The position numbers and the translations under genes were made by a program. The notes below the pieces were generated by a model, which made no database searches, was not told the origin of the DNA, and saw only the letters and a program-made list of their open reading frames with translations. A stretch of 56,794 nucleotides of DNA from a virus (lineage: Duplodnaviria > Caudoviricetes). The stretch covers positions 1 to 56,794 of IMG/VR virus record IMGVR_UViG_3300032308_002493. One strand, written 5' to 3'. Position 1 is the stretch's first letter; every line of letters begins with the position of its first letter. Shown here piece by piece: positions 47,532-55,953 of this stretch.

Positions 47532-48213
47532 GAAGGAGGCTGCTGCTGCGGCCTGATTGCAGCCAGTCGAGATAGCTTTGCGCCGGTGGCGTGAGCCGCA
47601 GCGATCGGCGGGCGTTGGGTTGCCAGTTCACCAAGCCGTTGTTGCGCAGCAATACCAGATCGCGGCAAGGGCACGAGTGGTTGCGATAGCCCAGAGCGTT
47701 GCTGAGATCATGCAGCGACGGAGCTTGTCCGATTTCGGCAAACCAAGCGAGCGTTTGCAGCAATCGGACTTGGCGCCTGTTGATTGGCGGTATGTAAGCC
47801 TGATTTGCATCAACTGGTGGCATGGGGGCCACCGTTCTGCCGTCGCCGTTAGGGTCTAAGCGGGCTTGCCTTAGGCGTTTTTGCAGAACATTGTCTGCTG
47901 TTTTTTGCCGCTCCTGGGGGTTGTAGGCGGTGGCCCCTTGCAAGGCAAACCAGTCGCGGCACTGAGGGGTAAGGCGCAGGGATCGCGGCAAGTGCGATTT
48001 CCATTCAATCCAGCCTTTGCTACGCAAGGCTTTCAGTTCGCGATTGGGGGCGGCTGTGGTGCGATAACCCAGCTGCAATGCCAGCTCCGCTCTGGTGGGC
48101 GGTTGGCCAGGGGCCAGCTGTTCATGCGCCCGTAGTGCCGCAAGCACTTGCTGCTCTGCCTTGGTAAGCGGCTGCAACGCCGTAGCGGACGTTGCGATCA
48201 GGGCAGTGCTCAC
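47494..48213 (-). CDS. Protein with two tandem LexA-type DNA-binding domains
   Basis: LT--EQ-VL...PPTRAELA--LG...L-AL--KGWI...RSLRL occurs twice; no peptidase domain. Confidence 0.75.
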   Translation of the reverse strand: MSTALIATSATALQPLTKAEQQVLAALRAHEQLAPGQPPTRAELALQLGYRTTAAPNRELKALRSKGWIEWKSHLPRSLRLTPQCRDWFALQGATAYNPQERQKTADNVLQKRLRQARLDPNGDGRTVAPMPPVDANQAYIPPINRRQVRLLQTLAWFAEIGQAPSLHDLSNALGYRNHSCPCRDLVLLRNNGLVNWQPNARRSLRLTPPAQSYLDWLQSGRSSSLLLAHGAFHLTHMD

Positions 48214-48797
48214 CGCTTGAGCGCCTCCATCAACAGCTGGGCCTGCGATTGAAGCCAACGGGCCTCATCGCGCAATGCCTCTTCCTCTTTGGGGAACTTC
48301 ATGGCCATGGCGCCTCGGCCTTGGCCTGATGCCCGTTGCATCAGGCTTGCGCTTAACTCAAACCCTCCTTGGCTATTGATGCGGCCCACAAACTCCCATG
48401 GATGCTGGGCGGTATTGAGGGGCATGAACCTGGTATCGCGGCGCAACTCCACCACGGCACCGGCCAGAAAAGTGCTAGTTCCATCGCAGCGCTCGGCAAT
48501 GGGCGGCCTCTGAATGCGGATCTGCTCATTGCTAAAAGGGCGATCCAGCAGCCAGGCCCAGGGGCCAGACGTGGTGGTGCGCAACTGGCCGCTGATTTCG
48601 AGCGCCAGATATTTCAGCCAGCCGGATTGAGCCGGTGAAAGGCCGGCACGCTGGGTAGCCAGCTTGATTGCAAAATCTCCCACCTGCTGATGGGCGGCAT
48701 GGGCCTGAAGCACGATTCGCCGGGCGTCTGCATCGGTGAGATCGCAGTTGAATCTCACCGTTACGCCGGAGCGTCTTTCCAATTCAATGATGGGCAT
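48210..48797 (-). CDS. Hypothetical protein
   Basis: 195-aa coupled ORF. Confidence 0.65.
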   Translation of the reverse strand: MPIIELERRSGVTVRFNCDLTDADARRIVLQAHAAHQQVGDFAIKLATQRAGLSPAQSGWLKYLALEISGQLRTTTSGPWAWLLDRPFSNEQIRIQRPPIAERCDGTSTFLAGAVVELRRDTRFMPLNTAQHPWEFVGRINSQGGFELSASLMQRASGQGRGAMAMKFPKEEEALRDEARWLQSQAQLLMEALKR

Positions 48798-48886
48798 GGT
48801 GGGTGTTGGGGGGTAGGCGACAGCCGGACCTCTCCAGCTGCCGCCCGGGCAGGCCAGCGCACTGGCACTTATGCAGTGTACTGGAT

Positions 48887-49111
48887 TTAGGATGCTGCGA
48901 CCAGCACCGGAGCTGGAGCAATATGGCGGCGCACCAGCGACTGAACTTCAATCGCTTCTCGTCGCGACACGGGTTCTGGACGCACATCCGTCAATAACCA
49001 CATGGCGGGATTGTTCCGATCGCGGATGAAATACCAGCGGTCATCAGGTGCGGGCCATTGCACCCAGAACAGAGCCTGTGTCGGAGTGGTGGCCAGATTG
49101 GCTGCGCTCAT
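48887..49111 (-). CDS. Hypothetical protein
   Basis: ATGA-coupled ORF starting MSAANL. Confidence 0.55.
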   Translation of the reverse strand: MSAANLATTPTQALFWVQWPAPDDRWYFIRDRNNPAMWLLTDVRPEPVSRREAIEVQSLVRRHIAPAPVLVAAS

Positions 49112-49299
49112 TTGCGGGCCTCCAGCGGCTGCGGAGACCTGGCACCAAGGCCAGGGCGAATGATGTAGTGCATATCGCGGTGGATCGACCAACCCACCAG
49201 GGCCAGCACCAACGCCAACACCGGGAGAGTTATCAGCCAAACCTCCTGCCACGACCCCACTGGCGGCGTTCCGGTGGAGGGCGGAGAAGCATGCGCCAT
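49108..49299 (-). CDS. Small membrane protein
   Basis: WLITLPVLALVLALVGW hydrophobic segment. Confidence 0.55.
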   Translation of the reverse strand: MAHASPPSTGTPPVGSWQEVWLITLPVLALVLALVGWSIHRDMHYIIRPGLGARSPQPLEARK

Positions 49300-49336
49300 A
49301 ACAATTCAGAAACGAACCGCCGCACTATACAGCATT

Positions 49337-49368
49337 CAGGATGCAAATGAAGCGCGTTTTGCATCCTG
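49337..49368. promoter_or_regulatory. 11-bp perfect inverted repeat, putative operator
   Basis: CAGGATGCAAA-N10-TTTGCATCCTG in a divergent intergenic gap. Confidence 0.55.
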
Positions 49369-49405
49369 GCCAGTCCTAACCTGGCGCAACCGCTCCGCAC
49401 CGCCC

Positions 49406-49744
49406 ATGGCCGATCAGCTCCCCGACAGCCTTAGCCCTGATCTGGCCTATGCACTTCGGCGGCTGGCCGCTGACTGGCTTCCCTCCCATGGCCTGGTGGA
49501 GGTGCGTCACGCCCTGGCCCTGGCTGCCCAACTGGCGCCTGCCTCGAAAAGCTCTCAGGATCTGACCGATCAATTGTTGGCCATCGCCAGCGGCAAAAGA
49601 TCGCTCGCCCCCGAGCCCAGCCCTGAACCCGAGGCCGGAGCCAGCAGCGAGCCAGCCCCAGATTCACCCCCTGGGCCCACCACGGCCCCGGCGCCAAAGA
49701 CCCAGGACCAGCCCCCAAGCCGCGCAAAATCTGCAGCGGCCTAA
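49406..49744 (+). CDS. Hypothetical protein
   Basis: Preceded by TAACCTGGCGCA. Confidence 0.6.
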   Translation: MADQLPDSLSPDLAYALRRLAADWLPSHGLVEVRHALALAAQLAPASKSSQDLTDQLLAIASGKRSLAPEPSPEPEAGASSEPAPDSPPGPTTAPAPKTQDQPPSRAKSAAA

Positions 49745-49779
49745 CCAGACAGAATGGTGCAGTTGCGGCGGCTCAGCCC

Positions 49780-49977
49780 ATGGATGCCAAGCAAGAAATG
49801 GCGTCAATCGTTAAAGATCTCATTGAAGAGCTGCTAAGTGCGCCCATCACGATCACAACTCTCAATAGCAATCGAGCGACAGGCGTCGTAGATGGCCGGT
49901 TCCGCTCAGGCGCACTAGTCTACGACTACAGGATCAAGGGCGACGACGTGAGCTACAAGCCAATCACTAATCGCTAG
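49780..49977 (+). CDS. Small protein similar to the N-terminal domain of 50839-55560
   Basis: LIEELL...GVVDGRF-SGALVYDY-I----VSYKP vs LGELL...GLVAGQM-ADGLVFQF-----ISYRP. Confidence 0.7.
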   Translation: MDAKQEMASIVKDLIEELLSAPITITTLNSNRATGVVDGRFRSGALVYDYRIKGDDVSYKPITNR

Positions 49978-49979
49978 CC

Positions 49980-50759
49980 GTGCCATCCGCCACTGAATTT
50001 GACCGTCAACACCTGGCGGCATCACGCAGCTACCTGAAGGCCTTCTACGGCTGGAGCGGTGCCCGGCTGGATGGGTTTCTGGCTGTGGAGCAAGGCCTGG
50101 TGCGCTTTGATGCACCCAAAAGATGCACCAAGGGACTCGCCTGCGGCAACACTTGCATCGCGCAGGGCCGCACCTGCAGGGCCAAGGGCAACCCGCAGAA
50201 AACCGCCCGGCTCAAGCAACTGCTGGCCTTGCCTGCTGCTGGCCAGAGCAGTGCGGGAGCCATGGCCAAGGGCAGTGGGGGCAATCAGGCAAGCACTCCG
50301 GCCAAGGCTGCAGGCAAGCCCGCCAAGCGCGAAACCATTGCTCAATTACAAAAACCCGTCCTTGATTACTTCAAGGTGAAAACCGTTCAAGAACTAAAGA
50401 CAAACAAAGATTTCCTGATGGCAATTGGAGACGCTGACTCCAGGCAGGCAACCGGCAAAGGTGTAAAGATTGACTTTAAAAAGCGAGAGACATGGGCCAA
50501 GCTGCACCGTGAATTTGCCGGGGTGCCAGCCTCTGAGCGGAACCTGAAAGATGGCGGCAGCGTAATCAGAGGCGTTGACGTAATGAAGAACTTCCGCCCC
50601 TGGCACACCTTCAACCTAGACCCTAAAAAAGCCACGCCACAAGACATCAAGCGGGCTTTTAATCAGCTGGCCAAGACCTACCACCCAGACCAGGGCGGTG
50701 ACCGCAAAGTGTTTGAGCGGCTGATAAAAATGCGCGATTCGTTGTTGGCGCTTCGCTGA
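49980..50759 (+). CDS. Cys4-module protein with C-terminal J-domain (DnaJ-like)
   Basis: RFDAPKRCTKGLACGNTCIAQGRTC; PW-TFNL...DIKRAF--LAKTYHPDQGG. Confidence 0.85.
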   Translation: MPSATEFDRQHLAASRSYLKAFYGWSGARLDGFLAVEQGLVRFDAPKRCTKGLACGNTCIAQGRTCRAKGNPQKTARLKQLLALPAAGQSSAGAMAKGSGGNQASTPAKAAGKPAKRETIAQLQKPVLDYFKVKTVQELKTNKDFLMAIGDADSRQATGKGVKIDFKKRETWAKLHREFAGVPASERNLKDGGSVIRGVDVMKNFRPWHTFNLDPKKATPQDIKRAFNQLAKTYHPDQGGDRKVFERLIKMRDSLLALR

Positions 50760-50838
50760 GCCCGCTCTTGTCCCCCCTTCTGATCGATGGCCACCACCTA
50801 CCGCGCAGATCGCCGCAGACTGGCGCAGCGCTAAAGCC

Positions 50839-53800
50839 TTGCCATTGTTGACCCTCGCCCAGCTGGAAGTGCGACTGGCGCGGCTGGATGCCGCCAGCTC
50901 CAGGGCGGCGCCCCTGGCACCGGTGGCTGCGGCCGTTGCGCAATCGGCGGATACGGTGGCGCAGCTGCTGACCCAGGCGCTGGGGGAGCTGTTGCCGGGG
51001 GCTGCGGTGTTGAGCTGGGATCGGCGCCGGCCGGGCCTGGTGGCGGGGCAGATGGCAGCCGATGGGCTGGTGTTCCAGTTCCGCTGTGACGCCAATCAAA
51101 TTTCATATCGTCCCGCCTGGGATGGGCTGAGCCAGGGGCGATGGGAGGCCCGCAGCGCTGGCTTCCTGGCGGCCCGATCGCCAGGGCTGCGGCTCGATGC
51201 TCCAGGGGCTGGCGGCAAAAAGCGCTGCAGCAGGGGCTACGGCTGCGGCAACAGCTGCATCTCTCTGAAGAATGAATGCCGGCTAAAGGTGAGCTCGGCC
51301 GCCAGCAAAACGCGGCTGCAGCGGTTGCAGGCCCTCGCCAATGCCGGTGATGCCGCCGCCGGCACCCTGGCCGGGCAGGAACAGGCCAAGCGGAACTCCC
51401 AGGCCGCGGCCATCAAGGGCCAGCGCCAACAGGAGCGGGCTGCCAGGGCGCCCAAAACGCCCCCCAGCCTGGCGGGCCAGGTGCGGGTGGTGGCACCGGC
51501 CAGCATTGAGGTGGATCCCGAGCGGTTTCAGTTCAAGCTGGGCCATGGCGCCCAGGGAGAGGTGGGCTCCCTGCGAGGGGTGCGCAAGTGGGATGAGAAT
51601 TTGGCTGGGGTGGTGTCGGTTTGGCAGGACCCGGCGGATGGCAAAACCTATGTGGTGAATGGCCATAACCGGCTGGGGTTGGCCAAGCGCCACGGGGCGG
51701 AGGGGCTCACCGTGCGTTACCTCAAGGCTGCCTCGGCTGCAGAGGCGCGGGCGATCGGGGCGCTGCAAAACATTGCGGAAGGGGCCGGCACACCGGTGGA
51801 TGCCGCCAAGTTTTTTCGAGATAGCAATATCCGCAGCCAGACGGATGTGGAGAAGTTGGGTTTGCCGCTCAGCAGTGGCCGGGCGGCCCAGGGGCTGGGG
51901 TTGGCACGGCTGCCTGCAGAAATGTTCCGCTCGGTGGTGGACGGGGATCTGAGCGCCAGCCGTGGGGCAATCATCGGCAACTCAGGCCTTGATGGCCCAA
52001 AGATGAGCGAGATCGGCAAGTTGTTGCGGCAGCGCAAAAACATATCTGACGGCACATTGGCGGAGTTTGTGGAGGCCCTGGCCGTGAGCGAGCGGCAAAG
52101 CCAGCAAACATTTGATCTATTTGGCGCTAACGAAACGCTGGTGGATAACGGTCTGGCACGGGCTGAATTAACCAACGCAATTGCCAAAAAGATCAGCAAG
52201 GAGAAGCGACTATTTAAGATGGTGAGCAACTCCCAGGCGGCGGCCACCCTGGCGGAGAAGGCGGGCAATGTGATCAACAAGGGCGAGAGCGCCGAAGTGG
52301 CCAGTGCCGCCGATCAGCTGGGGCGCACCTTCAAGGCGCTCAAAAATGTGTCTGGCCCCATGGCCACCGCCATCAATGCCGCTGCCCAGCAGGTGAGCGA
52401 AGGAGCCAACAAAACAACGGTGCAACGCAAACTGTACGCGGAGGTGGTGGCCGCAATGGAGCTTGAATTCAAGGGCAAGCGCCGCGATGGCTGGGGCCAA
52501 AGCACCATTGATCGCTTTGCAGAGCTGGAAGCCCGCATTGATGCGGCCAAGAAGAAGTGCTCGACCGGCTACGGCTGCGGCAGCACCTGCATCAGCCTGC
52601 GCAAAGAATGCCGGGCCAGGCCGAGTAGCAGCATCGGAAAAGAGCGGCTGAAGCGGCTGTTGGCCTTGGCCGGCGGTGGAGTTTCTGACCAGCGGGGGAT
52701 CGCCCCGGTGCGGGCCGCCGAGGCCACGGCCCTGGCCGGAGCGCTTGAGCAGCGCCGGGAGGAGAAGGCCCAGCAACTGAAGGGCACCCGTCAAAAGGCC
52801 ACAGCGGATGATCTCGCTAAACGACTGATCAAGGCAGAAGCAAACCTGGCCGCAAAGAGCAAGATGCCTGCACCACCACCAGGCAATGGAAAGCCTGGTG
52901 TGAAGGTGGAGATCCAACGGGCCAAGCCAGGAGGTGAGTACGGGCCCGATGGCCACTGGTATCCAGGCGGCGCATGGATGAGCCAGGGCCAGTTTGTGGG
53001 AGGCAAAGAGCAGGCCCTTGGCAGTGGTGAGCAGCCGGCGTCAGCAACTGGCAAGGAAAACAGCGGCGCCAGCCAGCGGGTGATCAGGAACAAGGAAAAG
53101 CCCAGGAGGGAGCAACCAACCGAGCCCAAGGGGAAGGGACTGGATCAGCCTGTCGGGCTGAAGAAGACAGCGGCCAAGAACGATGAGGACTTCTTCAACG
53201 ACAGGGGCTTTGTTCTCTATCCCCGTCCAAAAGGCGCTGCAGGCCTGAATGGGCTTCTGTTCGACGCTGCAGTCATTCAGCGGATGTCGACAGAAGAGCT
53301 GGGCTGGGCAACGGATCAGATCCTGACCATGGGGAACGTCAAGCGGAGCGATCTGGGCGTTGTAAATGATCTGGAGAATGCCGCCACAAGGTTTGGCAGC
53401 GAAAAGGACTATCTCAACTACCAGAGGTCTTTTACCCGAAACCAGCTCATCGGCGTGGATGACAAAAGGTTCAAGGCCGGCCTGATCTTCATGGACGCCA
53501 GCCGCAACCTGGGCCACACCAGTCCAGCGCAGCAGCGCCTCCGCACCAGGCGCAAGACAACGGAAAACCCACCGGAGAGGAAGGGCGAGCAGGGGGACTG
53601 GGTCTGGGGCCTGAACAACGTGTTCCGCGCCGTGCAGCTTCGCCGGGATCGCATGGCAGCCCCCTCGGTGCTCACCAACCCCGGCCGCCAGGATCCCGGC
53701 CTGGCCTCCAAGGCCAAGCAGCCAGGCCTCAACGCCCAGGACGTGACCACCAGCACGCAACAAGCCGCCTTTGCTCGCCAGCAGCAGCAGGCGGCCAAGG

Positions 53801-55560
53801 CCGCCGGGGATCAATCCGGGGCACAGGCCTGGCGCAAAGAGGAGCGGACCGTGGAGCGCAACCGGCTGGCCACCGCCATCGGCCGCAACAAGCAGAGCCA
53901 GAGCTCGCTGTTTGGAGTGACCGAATACGACGAGACCATGCCGCTGTTCAAGAAGCGGGGCGACGGCCGCCGGCTGGATGCCGACATCCTCGAAGCCAGG
54001 ATCGATGCACTGCGTCGGAAGTGCCAGACCGGTTACAACTGCGGCAGTACCTGCATCAGCCTGCGGAAGGAATGCCGCAGCAGGCCAGGCAGCTCAATCA
54101 GCAAGGAGCGGCTCAAGCGGCTCCAGCAACTGGCCCGGGGCGAGGTGGCCCCCAGGGGGCTGGGGGTGCCCAGGGGCGCGGCAGCCACCGCCCTGGCCAC
54201 GGACATTCAGGGGCGGCGCAATGCCAGGGCGGCAGAGCTCACGGGGCAGCGGGCACAAGCCGGGCTTATCCCCACAGCGCTGCCGTTTAGCGATCAGATG
54301 GCCGCCCGGATCCGGAAGGGCATTGAGGAGCGCACCGCTACCACCGGCACCGTCAACTACGACGGCAAGGATTTGGCAGCGGCGATGATCAAGGCGGCCC
54401 AGTCGCCTCAGGTAGGCGAAAACATGCGCAAGGCCCTGGCCTTCATGGAAGAGGCCGGAATTATGACAAATATTGCCGCGAACAGCAATGAAGAGATTAA
54501 GCGGATAACTGGAAAGCCTGCCAGCGAACTGCCGTGGCAGCGGCCATTGGAACTTGCCAAGTTCGTACGTGATGCGGGGCTGGTGTCGGATGAAAGACTG
54601 GAATGGCTGAAGAAAGACCAGACTCAGGCCGGTCAGGCGGTGGTCCGGCGTGCAGAGATTGTTCGCAACCCACCAAAGCCCAGCAACGAAGAAAAGCAAG
54701 CAAAAGCCAACTACGAAAAATCAAAGGCTTACATAAAAGAGCAAGAGCAAGCATTTGATAGAAGCGTGCGCCAGGGCTGGAGATTTCCCGAGGACAAAAA
54801 AAGCTTTATGCAGGCCACCAAAAACATGACAGGCTTGGAGAACGATCGCAATCGCTATTTTGCGTATAGAGACGGCAGGTTGAATCAGATCAAGTGGGCA
54901 GTGCTAGAATTTGCCTGTGGCAAAGGGTTAGCAGGGCTTACGTCAAGCGAGAATGGTGGCTACTACTCTTTCGGGCAAAAAAAGTATGTGGCAGTCGCCG
55001 GCAATACGGACAAAAGCTGGGCTGGCGTTTACAAGGTTGACGAAAACAACACAGACCCAAGGAATATGCGAAGGCACTACGCCGAGCACATGGCAAAGCA
55101 CCTCCCGGACAGGCTCGCCGGGCTGTCTCAGACATCCGACAACTTCGACGTGCTCCACCAGCCTCTAGGGTTTAGCGGGAGGCAAACACACGCCGAAAAA
55201 ACCCTTAGCATCCATATCCATGAGCTGGGCCATGTCGTGGATAACTTTGCTGATGTGCGGGTCAGGGAGATCCCCGCAACCGCCGCTGGACCAAAACAAA
55301 TGGTGCTCTCCCATAATTTTCTTGAGCGAGTAGAGAAAAGGCCCGAGGCTGTTAAAAAAGCGCTTAGGGAGAAACGGGCGCCATCAAACTATGCTTTAAC
55401 CAACGCCGAAGAGCTGTTTGCCGAATCGTTTGCGGCTTGGGTGTTTGCCCCACGTGCATTGAAGCGGCATCACCCAGAACTGCATGCCTGGGTAGAGGAC
55501 CGATTTACAAGGGCACGTACTACCATGGCGAAGCATGGGCACCTAAGGTTTGAGGAGTAG
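50839..55560 (+). CDS. Polyvalent-like polyprotein: three Cys4 modules, ParB-like domain, unknown domain, HExxH metallopeptidase
   Basis: Modules at ~51190, ~52522, ~53989; DPERFQFK...YVVNGHNR; HIHELGH...SNYALTNAEELFAESF. Confidence 0.85.
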   Translation: MPLLTLAQLEVRLARLDAASSRAAPLAPVAAAVAQSADTVAQLLTQALGELLPGAAVLSWDRRRPGLVAGQMAADGLVFQFRCDANQISYRPAWDGLSQGRWEARSAGFLAARSPGLRLDAPGAGGKKRCSRGYGCGNSCISLKNECRLKVSSAASKTRLQRLQALANAGDAAAGTLAGQEQAKRNSQAAAIKGQRQQERAARAPKTPPSLAGQVRVVAPASIEVDPERFQFKLGHGAQGEVGSLRGVRKWDENLAGVVSVWQDPADGKTYVVNGHNRLGLAKRHGAEGLTVRYLKAASAAEARAIGALQNIAEGAGTPVDAAKFFRDSNIRSQTDVEKLGLPLSSGRAAQGLGLARLPAEMFRSVVDGDLSASRGAIIGNSGLDGPKMSEIGKLLRQRKNISDGTLAEFVEALAVSERQSQQTFDLFGANETLVDNGLARAELTNAIAKKISKEKRLFKMVSNSQAAATLAEKAGNVINKGESAEVASAADQLGRTFKALKNVSGPMATAINAAAQQVSEGANKTTVQRKLYAEVVAAMELEFKGKRRDGWGQSTIDRFAELEARIDAAKKKCSTGYGCGSTCISLRKECRARPSSSIGKERLKRLLALAGGGVSDQRGIAPVRAAEATALAGALEQRREEKAQQLKGTRQKATADDLAKRLIKAEANLAAKSKMPAPPPGNGKPGVKVEIQRAKPGGEYGPDGHWYPGGAWMSQGQFVGGKEQALGSGEQPASATGKENSGASQRVIRNKEKPRREQPTEPKGKGLDQPVGLKKTAAKNDEDFFNDRGFVLYPRPKGAAGLNGLLFDAAVIQRMSTEELGWATDQILTMGNVKRSDLGVVNDLENAATRFGSEKDYLNYQRSFTRNQLIGVDDKRFKAGLIFMDASRNLGHTSPAQQRLRTRRKTTENPPERKGEQGDWVWGLNNVFRAVQLRRDRMAAPSVLTNPGRQDPGLASKAKQPGLNAQDVTTSTQQAAFARQQQQAAKAAGDQSGAQAWRKEERTVERNRLATAIGRNKQSQSSLFGVTEYDETMPLFKKRGDGRRLDADILEARIDALRRKCQTGYNCGSTCISLRKECRSRPGSSISKERLKRLQQLARGEVAPRGLGVPRGAAATALATDIQGRRNARAAELTGQRAQAGLIPTALPFSDQMAARIRKGIEERTATTGTVNYDGKDLAAAMIKAAQSPQVGENMRKALAFMEEAGIMTNIAANSNEEIKRITGKPASELPWQRPLELAKFVRDAGLVSDERLEWLKKDQTQAGQAVVRRAEIVRNPPKPSNEEKQAKANYEKSKAYIKEQEQAFDRSVRQGWRFPEDKKSFMQATKNMTGLENDRNRYFAYRDGRLNQIKWAVLEFACGKGLAGLTSSENGGYYSFGQKKYVAVAGNTDKSWAGVYKVDENNTDPRNMRRHYAEHMAKHLPDRLAGLSQTSDNFDVLHQPLGFSGRQTHAEKTLSIHIHELGHVVDNFADVRVREIPATAAGPKQMVLSHNFLERVEKRPEAVKKALREKRAPSNYALTNAEELFAESFAAWVFAPRALKRHHPELHAWVEDRFTRARTTMAKHGHLRFEE

Positions 55561-55567
55561 CGCTGAG

Positions 55568-55912
55568 ATGGCCGGCGACATAAAGGATGCCCAGGCATTG
55601 ATAACAGGCATGAACGGAAAGTTAGATCGTTCTGCTGTTGTTCGTTGGGCTGCAATCAAAAACAAAGCTACAGGCCGGGAGCGAGAGGCAATTTCCTGGA
55701 TGGCTGAAGCCTTTGGCCCCATGACAAAAACAGAGGAAGACCGCCGCTGGCTGTCAAGTTTCCTTAGTGGGATCCCTGAATCAGCGCCAAAAAAGAGCAC
55801 CCGCGGCGATGGTGTTGGCCACCAAAGCCCAGGCGATCGACTTGCCGAGCTGGAGACGCGAATTGATGCTGTCAGTAAGGCCAACGGCTCCAGGCCGCCG
55901 CTGCAGCAGTGA
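55568..55912 (+). CDS. Small protein ending in a truncated module linker
   Basis: Ends ...RGDG...DRLAELETRIDA without the Cys4 part. Confidence 0.65.
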   Translation: MAGDIKDAQALITGMNGKLDRSAVVRWAAIKNKATGREREAISWMAEAFGPMTKTEEDRRWLSSFLSGIPESAPKKSTRGDGVGHQSPGDRLAELETRIDAVSKANGSRPPLQQ

Positions 55913-55953
55913 AGCCCACCCCCCGCCGCCGGCAACTGCCCAAGGGCTGATCC

